A DNA stretch of 63,300 nt, the filler included, from Polymyxa betae A26-41 (taxonomy: Eukaryota; Protista; Endomyxa: Phytomyxea), in NCBI GenBank assembly GCA_003693705.1. It is 6 parts of 6 records of this genome, joined end to end, with 100 filler letters (N's around TTAATTAATTAA, not from the genome) between each part and the next. Parts side by side here need not be neighbours in the genome. Positions count along the whole stretch, not along the records: positions 1 to 15,418 come from RBZT01000755.1; 5 more parts are not named here. One strand, 5' to 3'. Of this stretch, positions 1 to 12,242 are shown piece after piece (within the stretch, counting starts at the first letter, position 1; every line of letters starts with the position of its first letter). The position numbers were made by a program, and so were the translations under genes. The notes below the pieces were generated by a model. The model was not told the DNA's origin. It saw only the letters and a list, made by a program, of their open reading frames with translations, and ran no database searches.

Positions 1-1707
1 TTTTTTTGTATATGGCTTGTTACCGCATTACAACAGGAGAAGTGAACTCTCCTAGCCTTCACAGTTATAAGAACTGCGGATGAGAAAACGGACACCGTCC
101 TCGCCATCCACGGACAACGGTATCTCAGTGGCGTCACAGGCAGGGGTGAGCCATGAGTCGGCCTCCATCCGAGTCGCCTTTTCAACATGAAATTGGTTTC
201 CAACGTGGCTGAAAAGCTGTTTATGAATCTATGCTGCTCCTAGATTAGATTCGGATGTTCTATGACTGTGACGAAGAATAGCAACTGAAATGGTTTTTAA
301 TTTTGACGGGTTCAGTCCATAGAAAGTCGCTGTCTCCTCTTAAAATTCGCAATCACACCAATTGAGCTGTCATAGAGGGTCACTGTCGTTGTTATAAATC
401 ACCAAAATGCGTTATATAGACTGTATTGTAGTAGTGAGCCATGCGGTCATCTGGTTGATTCGGATGATGGTATCATATCAGTAAGAGACAGATCCGCCAA
501 GTTTCCAAAATAATGCCCCCAAAAACCACCAGATAGTTTCATGCAGTTTACAGCTTTGGAAAGACAAACAGAGTTCGTATCGTCAGATCCGTAATCTGTG
601 AGATTATCATGCGGATGAGCTGGTCTTGAAATTATAGGATCATTCCTATGGAGAATCCATCAAGTTATCTGTGAGGTTAGATTACCCAAGATTCATTCGC
701 CGATTCCGTCGTTGAGCCCTCCGGAGGCCATCATAAAATCATCCTATTCATCCCACACTGGATCTATTAATACTCTTTTCAAATACATCGTCGCCGTTTG
801 TGAAAGATGATAGAAGCATGGCAATGCAGATAATGACAATATTGCTGGTTCTGCAGTAACTGCGCTCAATTTGTTGATGGAATCTTGAAAGTTCTGCAAT
901 TCGCTCAGTATTAAATAGTCTGATCTACAGTGCGCAGAATCAATTTGCTGGATTAAACTGTGACTGATTTCTCCTAAGAATGGAATAGCACAGTCGGCGC
1001 AGTCTCTATCTGAAAGTCAGGTCAGTATTGCGCATCTTTTCTGACTTCTCCAGCAATGGGTCGTGTCAGGTCGTGGGTCCTTGTCCTGCTGCTACCCGTC
1101 ATATCGACACCCAGCCGCTAACCCCACGACCCCAAGCACCAGACACGGCCGCATTCAGTCGGAGCCCAGCTGACCAGGCCGTCGATCTTCCAGAGGCGTT
1201 CGCAGACTCGCCGCCTTCCGACCCCTTCGACGCCCTGCTGGTGATCACGTTACGTATCGTTACTTTCACCATCCTGATTTTTGGTGTTTGATAGGACGGC
1301 GTCAACGTCGATGACCTGCTGGAAGCGTACGACCTCGTCTGCATGGCGGACCCTCTAACGCCGCCGTCGCCGACCTTACCACTGTCGCTGACGTTATCAC
1401 AGCCTGTTACGTTACTACAGCGACTTATGTTACCCCAGGCGCTGACGTTAGCAACAGCCGGCATCGAGCGAGGCTGGCCCATCGTCGGATGGCAGTCCAT
1501 CGGCGTTGGCTGCTCCCGACCCTGGTTCATGTTACCCTGCTGTAGCGGGTAACGTGGACACGTACGACCAGATGCTGGCCTTCTGTCAGCCGCAGGGCGG
1601 CGATCGGAGACCACCTCCGTCGCGCACAGACGCGGTCGGCGACGGTTGACATCCTCTTCGGCAACGGAGAGAGACATCCTTGACGAGAGAGCCCCATCCT
1701 AATCGTC

Positions 1708-3132
1708 ATGCACGTCGCCACCACTCTGTTCCTCGTCGTCGTACTCGACGTGGCGGCCCGGGGGCGTACGACGTTGGTCGCCGCGCAATCCGACCAGACC
1801 GCTCTGCGCTCGTCGCCATCGTTCGCGACCGCTTCCAACGACCCCGATGCCGAGAGCCGGTACGTCTCGGAACGAGCTCACGCCCATCTGCGCTCTTCGC
1901 TTATCTCGCAGCAGAGCCCGCAAAGAGAATATCATGAAAGCCGTCGATCAGTTATTGGAGGAAGTCAGCGACAGTGCGCTGGGCGAGTACGGCGGCGGCG
2001 GCGGCGCTGTCTTTGCTGCCCTGATCCGTACGATATCGGCGGAAATCGCCCCGGAGCTGCCCGCTACGTTCTACCGCCAGCTACGCAAGGCGGCCGGCGC
2101 TCTCAGCGACGCGGTCGTACTGGCCGAAGACCAGGACGGAATGGTGGCCTTTGATTATATCATGGACGGGCGGTAAACAGCTGGCAAGCAGCTGTCACTG
2201 TAAAACCCTAAAACCCTAGCTCAGGTTTCTCGGGGTTCCTGCGGACGCCGTTGACGACCTGGTCGTGCTGGCCCGCGACCTGCTGGGCCGACAGGTCCAG
2301 GACGAACTGCGCGCCGACCCGCGGTACCTGCCGGCCGAGGCCTGCGAAGACGTCCTGTCCCTGAGCTTCAACGATGCGCGCCGTCGCGACTATCGTTTGT
2401 GGGCGCTGCTGTTAACAGGGCTGGTCCGATCCGACGCCGTTGTTGATGGCGATTTCATCGTCGAGGAGTACTATGAACGCTATATCGAAGAGTGCGTCGC
2501 AGAATGCTGCTTTTTTTTACTTCTTATCATAACAAGTTTGTCCAAGATTGTTTCTCTCAAGAGGGAACAATTTTCTTATTTTTGTTTGATATTTTCTTGC
2601 AGTTCCTCAACAACCGTCCATTTAAAACCCAGTACATCGTTTTCGTATTATTAGCTGAGTGCAGATTTTTCAAATGTTTTCTCCTTCAAGGCGGGATAGA
2701 TCACTTTTTCGAAAGTTTTCCTAAAGAAAACCCTTTTTTGAACACAATGTCGCTCTGACCGTGTTTAGATGTACGATGTTGATGATGACCTGCTTGCGAA
2801 CATTGCCGATGGATGTGTCATTCTGGCTTCATTTCGGGCCGGAAACCTGCCGCTTTTTATCGAGCTTATTCTGCTGGAAATCGAGTCAGTCGGGCGGGCT
2901 CCTTCCGCGGTTCTATCTGTTGCTGATTGCGAACTCTTTTAGGGATGATGAAGGCTATTGGACGCTGCGACGTTTGCTGAAGGTGGGCGGCCTGATGGCG
3001 TCCCAGCTCCCCTTCAATGAACTTCAGCTGTATCGGATCTGGCGCGTCCATCGCCATCATCGCATTCCGATCGAATTTGGCCCCTTTCTCAACCAGATCT
3101 TGAAATCCGTTCCCGATCTATCACTCCATTAG
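1708..3132 (+). CDS. Orphan secreted protein (candidate effector), 4 exons, ~347 aa
   Basis: Exons 1708-1859, 1912-2172, 2225-2491 and 2769-3132 join in frame through three phase-2 GT-AG introns (52, 52 and 277 bp). Hydrophobic N-terminus MHVATTLFLVVVLDVAARG. No recognisable domain. Confidence 0.7.
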
Positions 3133-4823
3133 AAATTTTCTGCTTGAAAATATCTCGATCTCTGGTCTTCAATATATTTTGCGGATTTCGTACTCAATCG
3201 ACCATCGGAATTTCTGGGAAAATCTGAATTTTGATTTTTCTGTGAAACCACAGCCTATGACGAGGCTCGAAAAAGGCTCCTCCTCCGTACCGGCCCATCG
3301 CTCTGCATATCATGCTCAGCGAATCATCTTGGTCGATTTGGATCATATGAGAATCAGGGTTGGTTCGCATCCGTGATTTTTGTCGGGCTGGATCCGGCTC
3401 CATACGGGCCGGTATGACCAGCGTCACAGAGCGTCTCAAACAAGTCGTTTTTCCGGTAGATCTGATCGGAGATTCGGCAAGCCGATTGGATCAGTTAACT
3501 TTGCCCTTTCTATGAATCAGTTCTATGGAGAACGACAGCAGCGTCGTTGGCCGCAATAATCGTCAAAATGCGATGATGAGCTAAACGGTTCGAGTCCGAG
3601 TTCGAACCGCTTTGACTATTCACGATTCTCCCGATCGAGCAGAAACGACACGAACGATATAACAACAATTGAAGAGTGTTTTTATATCGAATCATGTTAC
3701 CATACGCAACTGTGAAGTAGCCTTTGTCTATGGTTTCGCCAGTGGCGGATCGGTTGATCCACTGCGAACAACAGTGGAAGATGAGTCGACCACCAACACA
3801 TTCGCACTTCCAACAGAAACTGGTGCTGGTTTATAGCAATAATCGTAGTCAACAGCCATCTTTATTAATGGTCTCATTGCATCCATCATGTCACAGTTTG
3901 CCGAAACGACTGAATTCTGGTTCAGATCAGCTGGGCTCATTATAACCAGAACAATGTTTCTTTTCGATGACTTCCGTAGTCTGCTAATGCAATCGTTAAC
4001 AGGCGTCGTCGTCAGCTGCCAGGCGCTTTTGAATCGTTTAAGCAGATGGAACTCGACTTGATAGCTTCTGGAGTCTCGCCAGGATGAAGACATCATCTCT
4101 CCAACAAAGGCCACGCTACATTCCTATTGATTCCATCCAAAGCCAAGGGGACATGGACTGCTTCATCACCGCCCTTGCTTCCTCTCTCCTTTCTCACGCC
4201 CAACGCCCATCTAAGCGACGAGTTTTGCCAATGTCCTGGGCTTCATACATTGATGGAGCTTTAAAGACGTCAGCCTTCTCCACATCGCATCTGGTGGGTG
4301 CACTTTGCCATACAGATGGCAGCAGAATAGAAAAGAAAATGTTTAAAATGCCCAGATGGCGCTGATGAAAGCTTCAACGAAATCACAAAAACAGTTTGAA
4401 TCTTGTTCAATTAATATCGATATGCTGGAGCGCCGTTCTTCGTAGCAGCTCGTTATGTGAGAGGCGGTCGTCACGACATTGTCGTTTTATCAAGTTTCGA
4501 TCGTGTCAGCATGACTTCCGTCTTGCCAGGTCGTTGATGATTGCTCATCAATTACACCAGAAGCTTTTCGAACGCCAATCCGAATGCTTCTGGAAGGTTA
4601 CGGATGAGAGCTCAGTTATGGGAATCAATCTGCTGATTTTCACCACATCAAGCATGAGATGCTCTAACTCGGGTATGAATTTTTCCGAAATTTTTAGCAA
4701 AAAATCGAACGCTCGGAATGTTCTTTGCCATTTTTAAGAGTTTTTGTTGTTCTTTTGCCGTTTTCTGTTTTTTACATGACATTTTTTTGGTTGACTGAGT
4801 TGAATTAACGTGGGAGAATGGAA

Positions 4824-4940
4824 TTTGGCCTCCAAATGGCGTAAGGCCTAAAAGTGGCCTAATCTCCGCCGCGCACTTCTCATGTTTGAAATGGCGTAAA
4901 ATGGCCTAAATCGCCCAACAGCCTAAAAATGGCCTAATCG
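4824..4940. repeat. Cluster of short TGGCCTAA/TGGCGTAA repeats, probably subterminal repeats of a DNA transposon
   Basis: About six imperfect copies of (A)TGGC(C/G)TAA within ~120 bp. Confidence 0.4.
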
Positions 4941-5779
4941 GACCAAATAGGCAGAAATTTGGTCAATAATCCACTGTTGGCAAATTTGAAGTTTGATTGA
5001 TATTACACAATTTTGAGGTCAATATCTTATGCATATTTAATAAGGCTTTGCTTTTTGGGTTCATATTAGTTGGTTGATGTGTCTGAATTCCTCACTTTCG
5101 GCATTCTAAAAAACTCAAATCAGATTGTGTCAAAAAATACTTCTCAGTCATTTCCCAGAGCTCTAAACCCATCAGTAAATGAGTCGAACTCTGCTCGGCC
5201 ATTTTTGAATTGCTTGGATAAATGTGAACCGAAACAAGTCTTCCAACCCTCGGCTCTAAGGTCGTACTTGCATGGCTGTGCAGCCCCTCACGGAGGCTGC
5301 GTGTACTGTCATGCTCAATGGGCATGACAAGTAGTAATATATAATATTTGATAATTATAAAAGATGTTCAAAAATCGCGACGGTGTTGGAAGCAGAATAA
5401 TTCAAGTACCTGTTGACCTCGTTGAATTTTTTTGCCTTCATTAACGCAATGGGAGAACACCAAAAAGAGAAGCATTTTCACCAGCTGCCATTGTGGTAGC
5501 GGTGGGGACTTGCTCAGCAATACATCGGTTACTTTTGCCCCAACCAGAGATTTTAGAAGTGAAATAATCTGTTCGATAAGCCCAGCGTGATCAATACTGA
5601 AGTCATGTTTTTGAATTGTTGCGAAAGCATCGGCGACGAAGCAGGTGCTTTTCACTTGCGGGTTGTCATATTCGTGACCATTGCAATGATGCTATTAGAC
5701 AGAATAACACGAATGGAGCTGAGCGTCAGTCAGTGCGCAGTTTATACAGCTCAAAATTAACCGTCAGATACAGTCGTGT

Positions 5780-5865
5780 ACTCGAGTCGGGCCGGGTACC
5801 AACCCGCTACCCGAACCCGACCCGACCCGGGCTTTTCGGAAACTACCTACCCGAACCCGATCGGA
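5780..5865. repeat. ACCCG/CGGG-rich repeat patch (MITE or hAT subterminal-like)
   Basis: Repeated acccga/acccgc units with gtcggg/ccgggt in the opposite orientation. Confidence 0.4.
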
Positions 5866-6139
5866 GCCCTATGAACGTGATATGACCTCAACCCATAAGG
5901 GCTTGAGGACAAACTCTCGAAATTTCGTGAGGTAACGCTACCTGTATTTAAAAGATAAGGCTGCTGAAGAATCTGCAACACTAAAACAGTCCACGGGTAA
6001 CATTCTAATTTTGTTTCTGAACTTTTTGAATGTTCTCCAAACTTTAGTTAAACTCTTGATAACAAATTCATCGGTCATCACTCCAACTTACTCAGTTTTT
6101 TGTCTGATCCAGCGCCAGGTCCGTCATCTGTTGCAAAAC

Positions 6140-6583
6140 AGAAACGGGTGCTTCCTCCAGCATTTGGATAACTACTGTGGCATTGTTGAGACGGGGACCT
6201 TGGGCTTCAAGCATTGGTGAGAACCATCGCAGGGCCGGGCCTCGTAAGAGAGTTCCGAGGAGTCCGACTTTTAAGGCATCGTTATGGTACTGGCGTGGCT
6301 GTAATTGCCAGACGTGGCGGAGCTGATTAAGGAAACCTCGAAGAGACTTGCGATTTAAGGTTCTGGGAGCTACACCTTGGGCTCGGGGACTGAGGCTGGT
6401 ACGACGTGCTGCGAGGCATCAACGCCGTTACGTTGAGCTTCTTCCAACTGTAATTGTAGGTTCTGGACTAAGGCACGCATATCTGCGAGGGACTGTTGCA
6501 GCTGAACGATATGTTCCTGCTGATCCATGTTCGGGAGCTTGGGGGCAGCGCGTGGCTTAGAACTTCGAGAGTTCTCAATATAA
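6140..6583 (-). mobile_element. gag: Ty3/gypsy (Tf1/sushi-like) gag fragment and PBS, degenerate
   Basis: Minus-strand translation RKSLRGFLNQLRHVWQLQPRQYHNDALKVGLLGTLLRGPALRWFSP resembles sushi/PEG10-type Gag. Contains stops and frameshifts. Abuts the LTR at 6584. Confidence 0.7.
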
Positions 6584-6852
6584 TGTCAGGGTCGGGCTAA
6601 ACCAGGCGCTGCCTTCGAGGACAGGAAGGACGGACGGGACTACGAAGAGACAAGAACAGGGAGAGAGAGCGAATGTAGTGCTATATTGAGAACTGATTTA
6701 GAGGTACGTTACAGCGTGGAATTGGTACATTTCGGAACATTCTAGTGATCTACTGAGTGTCACGGAGTGCGGGAATATTCCAAGAGTATTCCAGTGAGAC
6801 TTTTGAAAGATTACGTTACTAACCCTGGGCTGTGCTGGTTAGATCCCTGACA
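6584..6852 (-). mobile_element. 5' LTR (269 bp) of the minus-strand Ty3/gypsy element
   Basis: Terminal inverted repeats TGTCAGGG...CCCTGACA. No TSD. Internal gag region lies on the left side. Confidence 0.75.
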
Positions 6853-8515
6853 GATACTCGAACAAGACCCGGAAGCTATCCCGTCTGTTACTGAATTTGC
6901 CGATTTCTACAGGAAACTATTCTCCGGACCAGGCGCCAGTGACCGAGAGCCTTTTAACCGAGTCCGTAAGCCGGTGGCGGCTGTTGACATTGACAACGAT
7001 GAGAAGGAGGCCTTCAACACCGCGGCTGTCCGCGATCTCCTCCACGGCGTTCAACCCCGGAAGGCTATCGGGCCGGACAACTTCCCAGCCGATGTCTTTA
7101 AGACTTGTCCTAACCCGTCCGCAATGATGCTGTCAGGAATGTTCCGCGTAATGTGGGCACATCAAACGTTACCTCAAGTCTGGCGGCGAAGTTACATTCG
7201 TCCGATTCCAAAGAAAGCCGATGATACGAAAAACCCCGCCAATTGGCGTGGTATTGCGCTGCAATCGCATTCGAAGAAGTTGCTCGAGTCGTTGATCCGC
7301 CGGTACCTACGGAAGAAGTCGTGGACCAGTACGGACATATTACAGACCGGATTCCAGCCCAAGACCGGCGCCATCGACGCCGTGTACGCGATTGACGAGC
7401 TGTCGCAACAGTACGCCCGTAACGGTCAGCCTTTGACTATGGTTCTGCTTGATATACAGAAGGCGTATGATCGAACACCGCGATCGATGATCTACCGCAA
7501 GCTCAAGGCCCGCGGCGTTCCAGGCCACGTGCTCGGCGTCCTGCAAGCTCTGCTGGACTCGTGTACTGTGGAAATCCGCCTCGATACGGATAGGTCGGAC
7601 CCCGTGCTGGTCCAGGTTGGAGTGCCTCAAGGCGATGTTCTGAGCCCCGACCTGTTCAACGTGTACGTGGACGATCTCCCGCGCCGGCTAGTTCGCACGT
7701 GTCAACTGTATGGGGGCTGCCCCCGATTTGGTGGAGTCGATATGCCGTGTATCATGTACGCGGACGATCAGACACTCCTGCACTGGCGGCCTGACGCTCT
7801 GCAAGCTATGCTACAGGTTTGCGAGCAGTATGCCGCGGAACATCTGTATCAATACAATGTTGGTAAGTCTGAGGTCTGCTGTCCCGCTGTGGACCAGTAC
7901 GTCCCACTATACTTGAGCGGCGAACCACTTCCGGCCGTCTTTTCAACGACATTGTTGGGCGTCCAGGTCCGCGATGGCCTGGTCTCACATACTGCCCAAC
8001 TGGACGATCGCATCAGCAAAGCCAGCCGCGCGATGTTCGGACTTGACCAGATCGGCGCACTCCGGACCCCGCTCCTCTCCCCGGCAAAGAACCGCCTTAT
8101 CGTCTCTGCCTACAGTCGGTCGCGCGTGGAATACGGCATGGCAATTGCCCGCCGTCTCGTCAAGATCGACCAACTGATCAACAGCCAGCTCGGCGCCTGC
8201 CTTGGTGGCCGCGGTAATGCTTTAGCTATGCGAATCTGTGGTCTGGTCACGGCTGAGGCCCGCTCCGCACTGCTAAGACTCCGATTCATCAACAAGATGC
8301 GCACCCAGACAGCCTCCGGACATCTACACTCTCTACCCGTACGGAGTTATCTGGCCGCATCAACCAATACCCGCAGCTGCCTGCAGAAGATCGTGAAAAG
8401 ATGCCCATACTATCAGCGATCAATATGTTCGTATCAGTTAGAAACGCGTACTCATCATCATCAGGCTGCTTCTTCTGAATTACGATCTCAGTGTGAGATT
8501 TCGCATTCAATATGA
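6853..8515 (+). mobile_element. Non-LTR retrotransposon (LINE) ORF2 reverse transcriptase, 5'-truncated by the LTR insertion
   Basis: Motifs KAIGPD, IPKK..NWRGIAL, QTGF, LDIQKAYD, GVPQGDVLSPDLFNVYVD and YADD. Upstream pre-RT segment FADFYRKLFS. Confidence 0.92.
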
Positions 8516-9384
8516 ATAAATCTCACCAGAAACGCACCCAGAGTAGTGTAGTCTGTGATCTTTTCGACACCAAAATCAAACAATTTTAAAAGTTCAGAGA
8601 AAACGCCAGAAACTGGCAGAGCGTCATCCGTTGGCGAACGAAATTTTTTCCGTTTTAAAGACGGATTTTGGTCACTCTGTAGATGGACGATTATTAGAGA
8701 TGAAAAAAAGATTTCGGACCTGATTCATAGAAGGATACAGTCTGGATCGGCAGAGATCTCCGAGACATTTCTCATAGAGTTTCCAATGATTGAAGCGATT
8801 CCCCCAGAATGACTGAAACCTGCGGAGATCTTTCTCACAGCAATGCATGACACATCGCAGTACAGGACGACACACCATATAGATCGAATTCTGTACTTTC
8901 CAGCCAACCGTGACCCAATTCCATTGATATTTCCGGAAGGCCGCGATCACTTTCCGATACAAATTCGCGATCAGAATCAGCTTTTGCAATGTGTTCTGAG
9001 CAGAACTGATTCGTTCGATTTCGCTCACATCCAGATCATGTCCTTTCACATTGATAACTAATTGACGGTTGAGCTTCGAGCCTTGATGTTTATCACCATC
9101 GGACTTTGAAGACAGGCAGCGAAGTTCCTCATTACTCGGTTCTTTGATCTAAGCTACAGTTAATAAACAGCTTGATAGAACGGCTGCTTAAAATTCACCA
9201 GAAACTTGCAGAGACTGTTATAGTCATTGATATCAGTCACATCATGATTGAAGGAAGACAGAGGGTCGGTTGGGCATGATGTCTCGTCCACACGAGGACC
9301 TTTCCTGGAGGCAATTTCGACGGGTTCATCATTCTAATTACGAACATCTCAGAGATTCTGAGATTTGAGAGTTGATATGAAAGC

Positions 9385-10290
9385 TTTACATTGATAGATG
9401 CCTGAATAGAAGTGAAAAGCGGAACATTATTTGTATGATGTGATAGAGATGTTGATAGAGTTCCAGTATCAGGTAGACAGTCCAATATTTCATGAATTTC
9501 ATTCTCAGTGAATATCTGAATCATTCATCAAAATAATAACATTACAGTAATGTTACCATTTCATACATTAAAATCTATATCCAGATCGAATGAGGGATCT
9601 ATGAGGGCGTTGAAATAGGGAAGATGAGTGTATGTTTGGATTGAATGTGAATTATAGAGATTAGGTTCCTATAATGCATACTAAAAGAGATTTGACTTTT
9701 GTTTCTGACAGATCAATCGTACTCTGGTGTCTGTAACGTGGAGGTCGCGAGGAGAGATAGTAACATGACTCTCCTCTACATAGTCACTAACATTTATAGG
9801 CCCATGACTCTGATTATGATCAGCGATTTCTAAGACATGAAACTTGTAGGGAAACATTACATTGATAGATTCCTGAATAGGAGGTGAAGCAGGACCAGTT
9901 TCTGTATGGGGCAATAATGATGCAGATGTTGAGATCGTTCTAATATGAGGTAGGGTGTCCAATATTTGATGAGAGTTATCGTCAGAGAATATCTGAATTT
10001 GAAATCGATAGAAAAAAGCGATAAAAAGACCACTATCAGGTCAAAATCCAATGAGGAATCAAAGAGAATGTTGGAATAGTGAAGATCTGAGTAATCTTGC
10101 AGTGAATATGAATTATAGAGAATCGGCTTCTATAAACGTATGGTGAAAAGATAGGACTTTTGTCTAACAGAGCAAGTCGTACTCCAGTGTCTGTAACGTG
10201 GAGGTCGAGAGGAGAGACCCCCACTTGAGTCTCTTCCAGATCGTCGGTAACATAAAATTCAGCCAGGCACTCGGATAGAATCAGTATCAG
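9385..10290 (-). repeat. Diverged tandem duplication (~470 bp x2) with coding-like conservation on the minus strand
   Basis: tacattgatagat(g/t)cctgaatag at ~9388 and ~9858. gtgtctgtaacgtggaggtcg at ~9727 and ~10187. Peptides SPRDLHVTDTRVRL and SPLDLHVTDTGVRL. Confidence 0.7.
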
Positions 10291-12158
10291 GAAGGGAATC
10301 GCCGGACCATGCATCGCCTGGTCAAAGCAATCTGGTCGCCGAACAGAGACGGGGTGGTGACTTCCATACTGCGAATCCAGATTCTGCGCGCAGTTTTTGC
10401 AGCACACATTGATGAGGACGGTTTCACATTGCGCAATTCTCAGGTTGAGCCTGGAACGTCATACTCAACAAAGCTGAGAACTAAACTTCATTATTAGACA
10501 TCACAAATCTTTCCCAACCTGCCCCGATAACGCCAACTGTTCTCTCTTTCCTTCCATTTGGCATTTCTACACGACATCTCTACTGATAATGTTCCAGCTG
10601 AAGATTGTTCTTCGTAACGCTTGCGTTCTTCATATGTTAAAATCTTCATCGTTTTTGCAGGTCGGTTTACTTGAATCGTGTTGTATTCAATCCAGAACTG
10701 TTTTGTGTATGTATCAATACTGCTGTCCTGGTTCGTGTACGGCTCTCCCATGACGTGCTGGACTAGGCCTGAATCATCGCGTCGGTATTGGGCCGAACTG
10801 GTATGACGCAACAATCGTGTCTGGAAAAAAGATGGTGGCGCCAGCCGGTATCCTATCGCCCAAACATCTCGTCTCTAGCTGAATGGAATATTTCGATCCC
10901 GACCCGAATCGCTCCGCCGAACTTGTCATTGACGTCTGGTTCTTTCTTGTAATGTGATTTCAAGGACTATGAACTCGACAGCTCGGTGAGAGGGCGAAAA
11001 GAAACATTACAGTTTTGAAAAGCGCTGCATTGAACGAATTGAGATTCCCCAACCTGAAAAGCCACATTTTCCTCATGTATAGACAGAGTTCTGTACTCAG
11101 ATTGACGAATCATTCTGCTATAGTACTCACACTACACATTACTCCAGACAGAGACGATAACGAATCTCAAAAGAGCAAACGAAGAGAAATCGTTTCGTCA
11201 TTTATGGATAATTACCAAAATCGAAAACAGTTCTTCATATCGTACAAGCTGAGTCGTCTTACGGTAGATCAGCAGAAACAAAAAAAAAAGGGAAAGCAGA
11301 ACTGGCGAGATTGCAACCGAAGCTCTGTTGATTGAATTCAAAAACTTTCTAATACAGAATGTGAATCAGCAATATTCATGATTGTCAAAGCAGTCAGACC
11401 AGAACTTCTGCTTCAAAATATCTCGGTGAAGTTCTGATCTATTATTCTTCTCTAGTTTAACCGCATCAAGCAAACAATGAAACAGATCAGCATGGCAGTC
11501 GAATATCCGCTTTAAGCGAATGTGTTCAGTACCAGATTGGTTGTAAAGCGGTGAAAAATCGCGCTTGTTACCAGCCAGGCGTATGAAGATCAACCAATGA
11601 GGCCTCATAAAAGCGAGGTTGTCACCGACCATTGTCACAGGATAATGACGGGATGGACGGCAACAGATAGAGGAATTGGACAGTCTCATATTCGTACTGA
11701 AAGTGGTGAGAGGGAACGATGACGAATGAGAGAGCGGTACAGATGGCGATATATTGGCATCTGATCATATTTTTGGCACAAACTGCTGTCAATTCCGTTA
11801 AAAAACACGGAAAAAAACAATGGACGAAACACACTTGAACTAAAATTCAATTCTCCCTTCACGATTCCCTATAGCGATGATGGATTCGTCAGGAAAGCGC
11901 CAGTGCTGGGTTACGGAATCGCCGAGCCGGTCGCCCATTGCACCTGATCTCGATCTTCTCCCCGTTATCGCCGACCTCCTCACAGCTATCAAGAAGGCCC
12001 TGCGCCATCTCCGGAATCGTCATAGCCCAGGTACCCGATTATCGAATAGTTTTTCTGATTAGTTGGTTCGAAGCAACCGCAGAAAGTTGCGCCAGACCCG
12101 TGACGGACGTTCCAGTACGACCACCAGTTCATTTTCTATTCGGTGCTCTCTCCTGGAC

Positions 12159-12242
12159 ATGAAGACCGCCGCCGCCCTGCTCGTGGCCGTACTGGTCCTG
12201 GGCGGCGCCTCCGCTACCGACGACCCAGGCCGTTCCGAATAA
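12159..12242 (+). pseudogene. Signal-peptide-coding gene start truncated by gypsy sequence
   Basis: GC-rich MKTAAALLVAVLVLGGASATDDPGR runs directly into the gypsy pre-protease region and stops. Confidence 0.45.

Noticed and set aside
3400-5660. ORF pieces with faint hAT-like words (SRWNST, HAASV)
   Set aside because: Too short, on inconsistent strands and too degenerate to call.
11366-11770. Possible small secreted protein on the minus strand
   Set aside because: The two ORF pieces could not be joined by a convincing intron and the leader is weak.
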